Below, one piece after another: positions 1-9,859 of a stretch of DNA of 64,000 nt (its first letter is position 1; each line of letters begins with the position of its first letter). The notes beneath the pieces were generated by a model. It saw nothing but the letters and a program-made list of their open reading frames with translations. It had not been told where the DNA came from and did not search any database. A program made the translations under genes and the position numbers. The stretch covers positions 576,001-640,000 of the forward strand of contig CAVUZH010000003.1 of assembly GCA_963745835.1 (NCBI GenBank), read 5' to 3'. Source of the stretch: an uncultured delta proteobacterium. Its GTDB lineage: Bacteria; Desulfobacterota; Binatia; UBA9968.

Positions 1-1
1 G

Positions 2-1273
2 CATGTCAAAACCGATTCGTACTGCATTTACACAAATACAGTCCCGGGCGGCGCCTTTCGCGGCTTCGGCGGTCCGCAAGTGTCCTTCGCCTATGAATCG
101 CAGGCCGATACCATCGCTCGACATTTAGACATGGATCCTGTCGAGCTTCGCTTGCTGAATCTTCTCGACAAAGGCGAGTCCTACACCGCCGGCAACATCC
201 CCATCGACTGTGATCTGAAGAGCGAGATAAAGCTCGTCGCCGAAGCCATAGGATGGGGCAGTAAAATGCCTGCGACTCAGAGGCCGGGAGTAAAGCGAGG
301 GAAGGGCATTGCCTGTGCCGTCAAAGACGGCGGCGGCGTCAACAAGGAGGCAAATGCAACCGTCCAGATTCTAATGGACGGCAGCGTCCTACTCTTTACG
401 GGCTCGGTGGAAATCGGCCAAGGGATACGGACGGCGCTGATGCAGATCGTAGCTCAAGAGCTACAAGCACCTCCTGGGCGAATCCAGGTAGCCCCGCTTG
501 ATTCACAGTACACGCCATTCGACAGAGGCACTCACGCCAGCAGCGCCATTACGGTCATGGGTAAGGCGGTTCAAGCCGCGGCGCAAGATGCTCGCGATCA
601 GCTTATTTCGATGGCGGCGGCATCATTCGGAGTGGCGCCATCGACCGTTGAGTACAATGGAGAAAAACTTTCGTCCGGCGCACAGCATGCGACTATTTCG
701 CAGGTCATGCGCCAGCACTTCAACGATCTCGAGGGCGAGATCCTGGGTCGGGGTCGTTTCAAGGTTGAGCGTAGGGATGACGCGCCGCTCGGATATCCCG
801 CGACCTTTTGGGAAAACGGCCTGGCCGCGACTGAGGTCGAAGTAGATGAGATGACCGGCCAGGTGAGGATCTTAAATTACATCTCTCTCACCGACGCCGG
901 GAAAATGATCAATCCACTCCACTGTAAGGGGCAAGAGGAAGGCTCGGTATTGTTCGGCATCGGTCACGCGCTCTATGAGGAGCTGGTTCATAAGGACGGG
1001 CAGCTCATCAATCCTAACCTGGTGGATTATCGCCTGCCCAGATTTCGTGATGTGCCGCGGATGTCGAAATCCATCATCCTCGAGGAGGCAAGCGGTAGCG
1101 GGCCGTTCGGCGCTAAAGGTATCGGCGAGGGAGGAACTCTGGCCGCTGCGGCAGCTATCTGTAACGCGGTCTTCGATGCCATAGGGGTCCGTATCCGCCG
1201 AGTTCCTCTGACCGGACAAACAGTCTGGGCGGCGTGTTCCGAGGATCGTGACGCGGCAAAACAAGGAGGATAA
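2..1273 (+). CDS. Xanthine dehydrogenase/CoxL-family molybdopterin-binding subunit (5'-truncated by window edge)
   Basis: Frame is open from position 2 (HVKTDSYCIYTNTVPGGAFRGFGGPQ). Motifs EIGQG, GQEEG, DYRLP, GPFGAKGIGEG. Confidence 0.93.
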   Translation, partial: HVKTDSYCIYTNTVPGGAFRGFGGPQVSFAYESQADTIARHLDMDPVELRLLNLLDKGESYTAGNIPIDCDLKSEIKLVAEAIGWGSKMPATQRPGVKRGKGIACAVKDGGGVNKEANATVQILMDGSVLLFTGSVEIGQGIRTALMQIVAQELQAPPGRIQVAPLDSQYTPFDRGTHASSAITVMGKAVQAAAQDARDQLISMAAASFGVAPSTVEYNGEKLSSGAQHATISQVMRQHFNDLEGEILGRGRFKVERRDDAPLGYPATFWENGLAATEVEVDEMTGQVRILNYISLTDAGKMINPLHCKGQEEGSVLFGIGHALYEELVHKDGQLINPNLVDYRLPRFRDVPRMSKSIILEEASGSGPFGAKGIGEGGTLAAAAAICNAVFDAIGVRIRRVPLTGQTVWAACSEDRDAAKQGG

Positions 1274-1277
1274 AGCT

Positions 1278-1697
1278 ATGTCTATGACGCTCGATCTTGC
1301 CGAAGAATGCATTCGCAGGGTCAAAGAGAAGTCCGCCGAGATGAAGGTAACCATGTTTATTGCCGTGGTCGACGAGATGGGCAAGCTCGTTGCATTCGCT
1401 CGCATGGGCGGACCTACCGGCGGATTCGGAGAAAAAATCGCCATTGCTAAAGCTAAGACAGCCGTCGCTTATAAGAGAGACACAAAAGAGACGATGGAGC
1501 GATACGCCAATTATCCGGGTAATTATTTCATTACCGGAATGTCCGGATTGTATCCCGATGAATTTTGGGGCGGGCCCGGCGGTATCCCAATTACTCTGGA
1601 TGGCAAGATTGTCGGCGGACTCGGCGTATCCGGTTCGACTCCTGAGAATGATCACAAATGTGTCACTGAAGTGATTGCAGACATGCAGCGGAAATGA
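1278..1697 (+). CDS. GlcG/HbpS-family heme-binding protein
   Basis: IAVVDEMG..AFARM, AIAKAKTA, GGIPI...VGGLGVSG motifs; GGAGGA RBS before ATG 1278. Confidence 0.88.
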   Translation: MSMTLDLAEECIRRVKEKSAEMKVTMFIAVVDEMGKLVAFARMGGPTGGFGEKIAIAKAKTAVAYKRDTKETMERYANYPGNYFITGMSGLYPDEFWGGPGGIPITLDGKIVGGLGVSGSTPENDHKCVTEVIADMQRK

Positions 1698-1911
1698 CCT
1701 GGCGATGTAGGGGGAAATAGCGTGGCACTGACTCTACGCGGAATGAAATTGAACCGTCCTCGATATGGAAGAGTTTATTGCCTAATCGAGCAATCGTTTT
1801 CGAACCTTGAAACAGCAAGGCGGACATGCCGCTAGGGGACAATACGGTGGCGCAGCCGCCCGGTCTAATCAATGTGATGCCCGCTTATGTGGCGATGCCG
1901 AGGGGAAATCG

Positions 1912-2910
1912 ATGCAGATCATCAAGACGTCTCTAAAGCTGTGGCTATTCCTCATGACGATGATCGTGACGTCGTTTCCTGCCGATGCCCAGCAGCTCAG
2001 AAAGGTACCTGTCGGCATCCCGGCTATCGGCATCTCTTCGGGAAGCTTCATCGTCGCCAAGGAGGCAGGTTTTTACCGGGAAGAAGGTTTAGATGTCGAG
2101 TTGGTGGTGATGCGAGGGGCGCCCGCGATACAGGGATTGATCGGCGGTACCGTTCCGTTTGCCAGCTCCGGCGGCGCCGGCATGCTACCGATAGTTAGAG
2201 GCGCGCCGCTGCGGATTATGTACACGACATTTTACCGGCCCATGTTTTGGCTCTACTCGAAAGCTGAGATCCGAACCATCGACGATCTTCGCGGTAAAAA
2301 AATAGGTGTGTCCAGCATCGGCAGCGGTCCGGATTCGTTGTTGCGGGGACTGTTGAAACAGCACAATATGGACGGCGGTCGCGACGTTATCATTGTTTCA
2401 ACCGGCGCTGGAACAGCCCGTTTCATTTCACTGAAGACTGGTATAACCGATGCGGCGGTGCTCAATGAACAGGCTGCGCTGATGGCGCAAGAGTCCGGCA
2501 TGCGTCAGCTGTTTGCTTTCACATCCGGCGATGAATTTGTCGAAGTTCAGGGTAGCGTCGTGCTGCGCGACTCCCTCGTACAAACAGATCCGCAACTGGT
2601 CGAGAAATTTATTCGTGGCACATTAAAGGGGGGCCTCTATCTCAAGGATAACCGGCCGGGGTCGATTAAAATCCATTCTCGGGTTTTGAAGGTCAATGAA
2701 AATATGGCTGGCAGAATCTATGATCTGGCCAGACCTGGAGTGACCACGGATGGAACGGTGAGTGAGGAGCTGCAGAAGAAGGCCATCGACCAGATTCTCG
2801 AGCGGACCGATGTCAAAGAAATCCCGGCGCCGAGCAAGGTTTTTGATTTTGGCATAACCAGGAAAGTTTATGCGGAACTCCAGGCCAAAGGGTGGAAGGC
2901 TGCACCCTGA
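1912..2910 (+). CDS. NitT/TauT (NMT1/THI5-like) ABC substrate-binding protein
   Basis: Signal peptide, AKEAGFYREEGLDVELV, DLRGKKIGV motifs. Confidence 0.88.
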   Translation: MQIIKTSLKLWLFLMTMIVTSFPADAQQLRKVPVGIPAIGISSGSFIVAKEAGFYREEGLDVELVVMRGAPAIQGLIGGTVPFASSGGAGMLPIVRGAPLRIMYTTFYRPMFWLYSKAEIRTIDDLRGKKIGVSSIGSGPDSLLRGLLKQHNMDGGRDVIIVSTGAGTARFISLKTGITDAAVLNEQAALMAQESGMRQLFAFTSGDEFVEVQGSVVLRDSLVQTDPQLVEKFIRGTLKGGLYLKDNRPGSIKIHSRVLKVNENMAGRIYDLARPGVTTDGTVSEELQKKAIDQILERTDVKEIPAPSKVFDFGITRKVYAELQAKGWKAAP

Positions 2911-2924
2911 TAGAGTTGTCGTGC

Positions 2925-3048
2925 TCGGACTGCGCACGGCCAAGCGCGCCAGCGCTCCATGGACGTGGTGCATGCCCGGAGCGATCTTTCCGAAAGCGCA
3001 AAGAAAAAGATCCTCGGCGAAAATGCCGCGAGATTTTACGATCTGTAG
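2925..3048 (+). pseudogene. 3' remnant of an amidohydrolase_2-family gene
   Basis: Reads ...HGQARQRSMDVVHARSDLSESAKKKILGENAARFYDL*, the typical family C-terminus (compare KKILWDNCARLYGL at ~35115-35155). No 5' part. Confidence 0.7.
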
Positions 3049-3097
3049 TGCCGCTCCGGTCCGCTTATTATCTGTCGCCCGGCGCTTAGCTCGTTAG

Positions 3098-3258
3098 CAC
3101 GCTGCTCAAAAAGATCCAAGGCGAGGCGCGTGAAAATCGATCCTTCGGCTTTCGCTCGGGACAGGCTCCCTGCTCTTTGCACCTCGCGGTTTACAGGTAG
3201 TACGTCGACGCGAGAAGTTTAAGTGCAACGAAATATATGGGTCTTTTTCAGCGGCGTG
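3098..3258 (-). repeat. Copy 1 of ~126-nt hairpin element (with net ~35-nt insertion)
   Basis: Ends CACGCTGCTCAAAAAGATCCA / TGGGTCTTTTTCAGCGGCGTG are imperfect inverted repeats; aligns with 6015-6140 and 32633-32758. Confidence 0.8.
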
Positions 3259-4240
3259 TAAACGCCGGCAAGACTTCTTGTCCCAAAAGGTCCACTTGTT
3301 CGTGCCAATCGGCGTAACGGAAACGCAGATCATAAACGATGTGATCGGCGCCGGCCTCTTCATAGGCGCGCGTCTCACGGATCACATCTGCCGGCGTTCC
3401 CGCCAGGATCAAACCCCGGATATCATCCAATCTTGAAAACACGCCGCTCGGCGGTTTAACCCAGGTTGGAAACTTGTTGGCCTCCTGCAGCAATGACTCG
3501 ATGCTTATCTTGCTCAGCGCCGTGTTGCGCTCCCTATCGACGCTGGTAAACGGCATCACCGCCGCGCTGATCATCGGTTTGTTCGTGTTTCGACAGAGCT
3601 CTCCCAGGTAACCGATGAGTTTTTCGAAAGTCGCCAGCGTGGTTCGCGCCGGCATCCAGCCGTCGCAGTACTCCACCGCGCGCCGGCAGGCGGCCGGAGT
3701 GCCACCACCGTACCAGATTGGAATCGGGCGAACCGGACAGGGCTTCAGCGCAATGTCGGCAAACTGAAAATACTCATCTTTAAAAGAGACCCTTTCACCA
3801 GTCCACAACCGTCGGCAAATTTGCACGTTGCTTCTAACCAACTCGGCGCGTTGCTCGATAGCAGTCGGGTAACCTGCCGCGGCAAACTCGTGCGGGAATC
3901 CGCCCAAACCAATGCCCATGATGACTCGGCCGCGCGAAATCACGCTCAAGCCGGCAAAGAGTTGCGCTAGGTAGATCGGGTGGCGATGGCAAATCGCCAT
4001 CGAAGTCCCGAGCGATATGGTGTTTGTCACAGCGGCAATCGCCGAAAGCAGCAACAAGCCTTCAACGTGAGTATTGTCGCTGCCCTCGATACCATGCGGT
4101 TCGAACACCAGGTGATCCCGCACCCACACAGAGTCGAAGCCATAGGTCTCCGCGCGTTGCGCGCCTTCAAGGCAATTTGCCACCGATGCATGCTCGCAGA
4201 AATGCGGTAGCAGCAGCCCGAATTTCAGATTTGTCCCCAT
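3248..4240 (-). CDS. LLM-class flavin-dependent oxidoreductase (luciferase-like)
   Basis: FGLLLPH, AETYGFDSVWVRDH, ISRGRVIMGIG, PIPIWYGG, DGWMP motifs. Confidence 0.92.
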   Translation of the reverse strand: MGTNLKFGLLLPHFCEHASVANCLEGAQRAETYGFDSVWVRDHLVFEPHGIEGSDNTHVEGLLLLSAIAAVTNTISLGTSMAICHRHPIYLAQLFAGLSVISRGRVIMGIGLGGFPHEFAAAGYPTAIEQRAELVRSNVQICRRLWTGERVSFKDEYFQFADIALKPCPVRPIPIWYGGGTPAACRRAVEYCDGWMPARTTLATFEKLIGYLGELCRNTNKPMISAAVMPFTSVDRERNTALSKISIESLLQEANKFPTWVKPPSGVFSRLDDIRGLILAGTPADVIRETRAYEEAGADHIVYDLRFRYADWHEQVDLLGQEVLPAFTRR

Positions 4241-4330
4241 AGCGTAATCGCAGCCGGTTTGATTCTTTCTTGCACAATCCAATTTGACAGGCTAGCTTGA
4301 AAAACCACTTTCAAGGGAAATGATAAGACA

Positions 4331-6013
4331 ATGAGCACGGAACCCAATAAGGTCATCTATTCGATGGTCGGCGTCAGTAAGTTTTACGACAAGAAAGCCG
4401 TCCTGAAAGATATTTATCTCTCCTATTTCTACGGCGCCAAGATCGGCGTCCTCGGTCTCAACGGATCTGGCAAATCCTCGCTGCTGCGCATACTCGCTGG
4501 AGTTGACAAGGATTTCAACGGCGAGGCGATCCTCTCGCCGGGCTACACGATTGGCTATCTTGAGCAGGAACCATTGATCGCCGAGGCGCGGACCGTGCGC
4601 GAAGTTGTCGAAGAAGCCGTCCAGGAGACGGTTGATTTGTTGAAAGAGTTTGAAGAGATCAGCGCCAAGTTCGCGGAAGACATGTCCGACGATGAAATGA
4701 ACGCGCTGCTCGAGCGCCAGGGTGCGGTGCAGGAGAAGCTCGATCATCAGGACGCATGGGACCTTGATGCGCGGTTGGAGATGGCCATGGATGCGCTGCG
4801 CTGCCCGCCTCCGGAGACGCCGGTCAAGGTGTTGTCCGGCGGCGAGCGTCGACGGGTCGGGTTGTGCCGCTTGCTTTTGCAGAAGCCCGACATTCTTTTA
4901 CTCGATGAGCCCACCAATCACCTGGATGCCGAGTCCGTGGCGTGGCTTGAGCATCACCTGCAGAGTTATCCCGGAACCGTCATCGCGGTGACTCACGACC
5001 GTTATTTTCTCGACAATGTCGCGGGTTGGATTCTTGAGCTCGACCGCGGCCAGGGCATTCCATGGCAAGGGAATTACACATCGTGGTTGGAACAGAAGCA
5101 GGAACGTCTGCGCCGCCAGGAAAAATCCGAAAGCGAAAGGCAAAAGACGCTACAGCGCGAGCTCGAGTGGATTCGTATGTCGCCGAAGGCGCGGCGGGCC
5201 AAGGGCAAGGCGCGCATCAATGCCTATGATGCGCTGCTTGAGCAAGAGTCACAGAAGCGCCGCGAAGATCTAGATCTTCACATTCCGCCCGGGCCGCGCC
5301 TGGGCAACACCGTGATCGAAGCGGAAGGAGTTTCCAAGGCCTATGGCGATCACCTGCTGGTCGACGATATGAGCTTTTCGCTCCCTCCTGGCGGCATCAT
5401 CGGCGTCATCGGTCCGAACGGCGCCGGCAAGACGACTTTGTTTCGGATGATTACAGGGCAGGAGCAACCCGACAGCGGAACGATTCGCATCGGTGAAACG
5501 GTGGGCCTTGGATACGTCGATCAGAGCCGAATCCTCGATCCGGAAAAATCGATTTGGGAGGAAATCACTGGCGGCGCGGATTCACTGAAGCTCGGCGCGC
5601 GCGAGATGAACTCGCGCGCCTATGTGGCGCGGTTTAATTTCTCCGGAACCGATCAACAAAAGAAAGTCGGGATGTTGTCGGGTGGCGAACGCAATCGGGT
5701 TCATCTCGCAAAAATGTTGAAAGGGGGCGCCAACGTTTTGTTGCTCGACGAGCCGACCAACGATCTGGATGTTAATACGTTGCGCGCTCTGGAGGAGGCA
5801 CTGGAGAATTTCGCCGGCTGCGCTGTGGTAATTTCCCACGATCGCTGGTTTCTCGATCGGATCGCGACCCATATTCTGGCATTCGAAGGCGACAGCAAAG
5901 TCGTTTGGTTTGATGGCAATTATTCGGAGTATGAGGCGGATCGGAAACAGCGGCTGGGCGCGGCAGCGGAACAACCGCATCGAATCAAGTACCGCCGGTT
6001 AACGCGAGCCTGA
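4331..6013 (+). CDS. ettA: Energy-dependent translational throttle protein EttA (ABC-F)
   Basis: Two ABC domains ([32 protein letters not shown]), GAKIGVLG N-terminus, ELEWIR linker, PHRIKYRRL end; 560 aa. Confidence 0.96.
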   Translation: MSTEPNKVIYSMVGVSKFYDKKAVLKDIYLSYFYGAKIGVLGLNGSGKSSLLRILAGVDKDFNGEAILSPGYTIGYLEQEPLIAEARTVREVVEEAVQETVDLLKEFEEISAKFAEDMSDDEMNALLERQGAVQEKLDHQDAWDLDARLEMAMDALRCPPPETPVKVLSGGERRRVGLCRLLLQKPDILLLDEPTNHLDAESVAWLEHHLQSYPGTVIAVTHDRYFLDNVAGWILELDRGQGIPWQGNYTSWLEQKQERLRRQEKSESERQKTLQRELEWIRMSPKARRAKGKARINAYDALLEQESQKRREDLDLHIPPGPRLGNTVIEAEGVSKAYGDHLLVDDMSFSLPPGGIIGVIGPNGAGKTTLFRMITGQEQPDSGTIRIGETVGLGYVDQSRILDPEKSIWEEITGGADSLKLGAREMNSRAYVARFNFSGTDQQKKVGMLSGGERNRVHLAKMLKGGANVLLLDEPTNDLDVNTLRALEEALENFAGCAVVISHDRWFLDRIATHILAFEGDSKVVWFDGNYSEYEADRKQRLGAAAEQPHRIKYRRLTRA

Positions 6014-6014
6014 A

Positions 6015-6140
6015 GCAGGCTGTCCAAAAAGGCCCACCTGCTTCGTTGCGCTCGTCCGTCTCGCTTCAACGTGCTGAAGCGTACGCCTCAGCTCATCGAA
6101 CTTCGCGCGTCTCGCATCTGGATCTTTTTGAACAGCCTGC
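6015..6140 (+). repeat. Copy 2 of ~126-nt hairpin element
   Basis: GCAGGCTGTCCAAAAAGG ... TCTTTTTGAACAGCCTGC terminal inverted repeat, one base after the ettA stop. Confidence 0.85.
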
Positions 6141-6237
6141 AAACTTTTAGGGTGGCAACGTTTTAGGTTCGACGAGATCTGTTAACTCGAATCTTTAGCG
6201 TTTGGGCAACCCTGTTCAACGATTCTTTTCGCGCAAT

Positions 6238-7692
6238 CTAGTACGGGCCGCCGGCGCGTTTGCGCGCTGCATTGAATGACTCGGCAGCCTTGTGAATCAC
6301 CTCTTGAGCATCCAACGCAAGCAACTCTCCCTTGTGCTTGAGAATGCGCCCATCGATCACCACCGTATCGACGTTAAATGGTTGCGCTTGTTGCACCAGC
6401 AGCAGGGCGGGATTGAAAAACGGCGCGACATTGAGGTCGTCCGTTCGTACCAGGATCAGATCGGCGCGTTTGCCGGGACTCAGCGATCCGATCCTATCGG
6501 CGATGCCGAGATCTTTGGCGCCGTCGAGCGTGGCCAGCTCTAATATCCGCCGCGGTTGCACTTCCATGACATTCATCGAGCGCAGATGATTGAGCTGGAG
6601 CATCAGCCGCATGATGCCGAACATATCCGCATTGCCGCCAACCGTGGTGGTATCCACCGAGAGACTGCATTGAACCCCTTTACTCAGGAGATCGCCGAGG
6701 TAGGGTAGCCCGGAAGCGAGCCGCGACGCGGTGAACGGCGCGATACTCACGTGTGTTTTGGTTTCGGCAATCATGGCGCGTTCTTCGGGCGAGGCGCTGT
6801 AAGTGTGAATGAGCTGCACATCGGGACCCAATAGCTTGTCGTTGTACAGCATTTCGATGCGGCGAAATCTTTTGATCTCCGCCAGCGAGCGTCCGGCGTG
6901 CTGTGTAATCGGCAGTCCCTGGCTGCGAGCGAACTCCCACTCGGCCCGGTATACCTTGGGCGGCGTATCGCCCGCGCCGCGCGACGCAAATCCCATGGTC
7001 GTCAAACCGTCGTTCGATGAGCCAAACCATTCGCCCTTGACCCGGGCGATATCGGCGAAGTCGGCGGTCTGCTCCGGCTTGGTCTGCAAGTTCCTACTGT
7101 AGCCGTAAGAAAAGCGTGCGCGGATCCCGGTGTCGCGAATTGCGCGCAGATCGGCGTCGGCATAAGCGCCGGAAATAATATTGTGCGACCAGTCGTGAAT
7201 CGTGGTAAGCCCGGAGTTGATGGCTTCGGCGATGCCGAGCCGGGCGCTGTTATATGCATCGTCGGGAGTCATCGCTGGTCCGAGCCGGCTCATCACGGGA
7301 AAATAATCGAATTCGCCATCGGCGACGATGCCGCGTGCGAAACTGCCCCACAGATGAAAATGAGTATCGACGAAGCCCGGTAAAGCAATGCGGTTGGTGC
7401 CGTCGATCTGTTCGACGCCGTGCGCGGTAAGATTCGGGCCTACTGCGATCAGCTCGCCGTTGCGCACGTGGACATCGCCGCGCGGGATATCGCCGAGTTT
7501 AGCGTCCATGGTTACCACGTAGGCATTGCGCACCACGAATTCACGGCGCGGGGGGAGCGGCCCCGTTCGGCCGAGCGCCGCCGATCTTGACGCCTGCCGT
7601 TCATTGCTCGCGCAGCTCGCGAGACCGAGCGAGCCCAATGCGGCCACGGCCTCCAAGAAACCCCGGCGACTGATTGTATTGTGTTGGTTCAT
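6238..7692 (-). CDS. Metal-dependent amidohydrolase/deaminase (MtaD/AtzA-like) with Tat-lipoprotein signal
   Basis: PGFVDTHFH, LATLDGAKDLG, GSLSPGKRADL motifs; SRRGFL twin-arginine and LASC lipobox. Confidence 0.88.
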   Translation of the reverse strand: MNQHNTISRRGFLEAVAALGSLGLASCASNERQASRSAALGRTGPLPPRREFVVRNAYVVTMDAKLGDIPRGDVHVRNGELIAVGPNLTAHGVEQIDGTNRIALPGFVDTHFHLWGSFARGIVADGEFDYFPVMSRLGPAMTPDDAYNSARLGIAEAINSGLTTIHDWSHNIISGAYADADLRAIRDTGIRARFSYGYSRNLQTKPEQTADFADIARVKGEWFGSSNDGLTTMGFASRGAGDTPPKVYRAEWEFARSQGLPITQHAGRSLAEIKRFRRIEMLYNDKLLGPDVQLIHTYSASPEERAMIAETKTHVSIAPFTASRLASGLPYLGDLLSKGVQCSLSVDTTTVGGNADMFGIMRLMLQLNHLRSMNVMEVQPRRILELATLDGAKDLGIADRIGSLSPGKRADLILVRTDDLNVAPFFNPALLLVQQAQPFNVDTVVIDGRILKHKGELLALDAQEVIHKAAESFNAARKRAGGPY

Positions 7693-7954
7693 ACTCGGCT
7701 CCTATTGTTTCGGTCTTGCGTGACAGTAAATCTCACTCGATGTGGACACTAGTCGTGAGCGAATGCCGAGTCAAGAAATAGAGCTATCTTCGTAGCGCGA
7801 TGCTAGAAGCAGGACTTTCGAGATTTGAATTTTTCAAGTAAGGATCAGACGAGGAGTGACAAGTCGATTCCTAGGGTGCGCGGCGCGTGGCATTTTCATC
7901 GAGCAGATTTAAGCTAGGCTCTATTCACCGTCAGCAGTCCCAATCATCAGCCGC

Positions 7955-8373
7955 CAAATTCCCTTGGGAACGGCAAAAGAGTGGAGTATAAGTTCTTGCC
8001 GGATCACGGGTCCGGGTCGGGGTAGCAGCTTGATGGCGGAATTCGATAGAAACGGGCTAGAAGTTCGTCTCGGCGATGGGCTGGCGATCATGCCGAGCGC
8101 TGCCAACCAAAAGGCGGTGAAGCACGTTCTGGCAAAACGCCTCAAGCTCACGGCTCCTGAAAGTGTTCAGGTCATCTACGATGCGACGGTGCAAATGCAC
8201 GCGAAGACTAAAGTTCCCAATGCGCCGGTGGGAGGAATTCAAAATATGATCGATGCTTTGCACCGGGTAAATCCGCGTCTTGCGAAGTCAAGGCAGTGGA
8301 TCTGGTCGATAATTCTTTCGTGGGGCGATTTGAAAAGTCCGGTTACGTCCCTGAATCGATGAAGAAAAATTGA
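7955..8373 (+). pseudogene. Internally deleted, frameshifted NitT/TauT substrate-binding protein relic
   Basis: N-terminal-like QIPLGTAKE..FDRNGLEVRL joined to C-terminal-like KHVLAKRLKL..GIQNMIDAL..KAVDLVDNSFVGRFEKSG (second frame, stop 8371-8373); resembles the ends of 24478-25467 and 27994-28983. Confidence 0.6.
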
Positions 8374-8470
8374 CGAGCCGCACAAACAGCGCGAAGTATC
8401 GATATTGAATGAACGAGATCGTCTCTGGCGGCCGCCCTTCGGTTACCGCCTCGTGAAATAAAACCCGCTC

Positions 8471-9859
8471 ATGGAGCTGAAACAATCTTTTGATGTCCTG
8501 GTGGTTGGTGGCGGCAACGCGGGATTGTGCGCGGCAATTAGCGCGCGCCGCGCGGGCACACGGGTTCTGCTGCTCGAAGCCGCCACGAAGGACTTTCGCG
8601 GCGGCAACAGTCGCCATACGCGTGACATCCGCTATATGCATCCAGCAGCAACGGATTACGTGACCGGCGCTTATCGCGACGCGGAGTTCTGGAATGATCT
8701 GCAGCAGGTCACCGGCGGCGAGACAAACGAGCGTCTTGCTCGTCGGACTATTCTGGGATCAGAGGACCTTGGCGAGTGGATGGCCTCAAATGGTGTGCGC
8801 TGGCAAAAGCCGCTGCGCGGGACTCTGCATCTGGCTAAAAGCAATCTCTTCATGCTCGGCGGCGGTAAGGCAATGATGAACGCCTATTACCAAACGGCCG
8901 CCAAGCTCGGCATCGAGATCGCGTACGAATCGCAAGTCGATGAGCTGAACATACGCGGCGATGAGTTTCTGTCCGCGCGATTAAACAATGCCTCTCAAGA
9001 AATCGTCGCGAAGGCGCTGGTGGTTGCGTCGGGCGGTTTTGAAGCGAACATCCCGTGGTTGAGGGAGTACTGGGGCGAAGCCGCGGACAACTTCATCATC
9101 CGTGGCACCCGGCACAACCAGGGACGAATGTTAAAAGAGCTCCTCGAGAACGGCGGCAAGCCGGTGGGCAATCCGCGCGGCTGCCATGCGGTCGCGCTCG
9201 ATGCGCGGGCGCCCAAGTTCGACGGCGGGATCGTTACCCGTTTAGACAGCGTGCCCTTCGGCATTGTCGTCAATAAAGAGATCAAGCGTTTCTACGATGA
9301 GGGTGAAGACTTTTGGCCCAAGCGCTACGCGATCTGGGGTGGTCTCATTGCCCGGCAACCCGATCAAATTGCTTATTCAATCGTCGATGCCAAAGCGTTG
9401 CCGCATTTCATGCCCTCGGTCTTTCCACCGGTGGAGGCGAGATCCATCGGCGAGCTAGCCGGCGCCCTGGGTCTTGATTCAAGCGCATTGAACACGGCGG
9501 TCCGCGACTTCAACCAAGCTGTGCGGCCGGGTGCATTCGATCCCGGCAGCTTGGACAGTTGTCGTACCGAAGGACTCGATCCGCCGAAGAGCCATTGGGC
9601 GAGAGCCATCGACACTCCGCCGTTCTACGGCTATCCGCTGCGGCCGGGCATCACCTTTACCTACCTGGGCATCACGGTAAACGAGCAGGCGCGCGTCATC
9701 ATGCAGGATGACACGCCGTCGAAGAACATTTTTGCAGCGGGAGAAGTGATGGCGGGTAATATCCTGGGCAAAGGCTATCTCGCGGGATTTGGCTTAACCA
9801 TCGGTTCGGTCTTTGGCAGAATTGCCGGAGCGGAGGCGGCGCGTCATGTCGGTACCTGA
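8471..9859 (+). CDS. tcuA: FAD-dependent tricarballylate dehydrogenase
   Basis: GGGNAGLCAA, RGGNSRHTR, HAVALDARAPKFDGGIVTRLD, DEGEDFWPKRYAIWG, GYLAGFG motifs. Confidence 0.95.
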   Translation: MELKQSFDVLVVGGGNAGLCAAISARRAGTRVLLLEAATKDFRGGNSRHTRDIRYMHPAATDYVTGAYRDAEFWNDLQQVTGGETNERLARRTILGSEDLGEWMASNGVRWQKPLRGTLHLAKSNLFMLGGGKAMMNAYYQTAAKLGIEIAYESQVDELNIRGDEFLSARLNNASQEIVAKALVVASGGFEANIPWLREYWGEAADNFIIRGTRHNQGRMLKELLENGGKPVGNPRGCHAVALDARAPKFDGGIVTRLDSVPFGIVVNKEIKRFYDEGEDFWPKRYAIWGGLIARQPDQIAYSIVDAKALPHFMPSVFPPVEARSIGELAGALGLDSSALNTAVRDFNQAVRPGAFDPGSLDSCRTEGLDPPKSHWARAIDTPPFYGYPLRPGITFTYLGITVNEQARVIMQDDTPSKNIFAAGEVMAGNILGKGYLAGFGLTIGSVFGRIAGAEAARHVGT

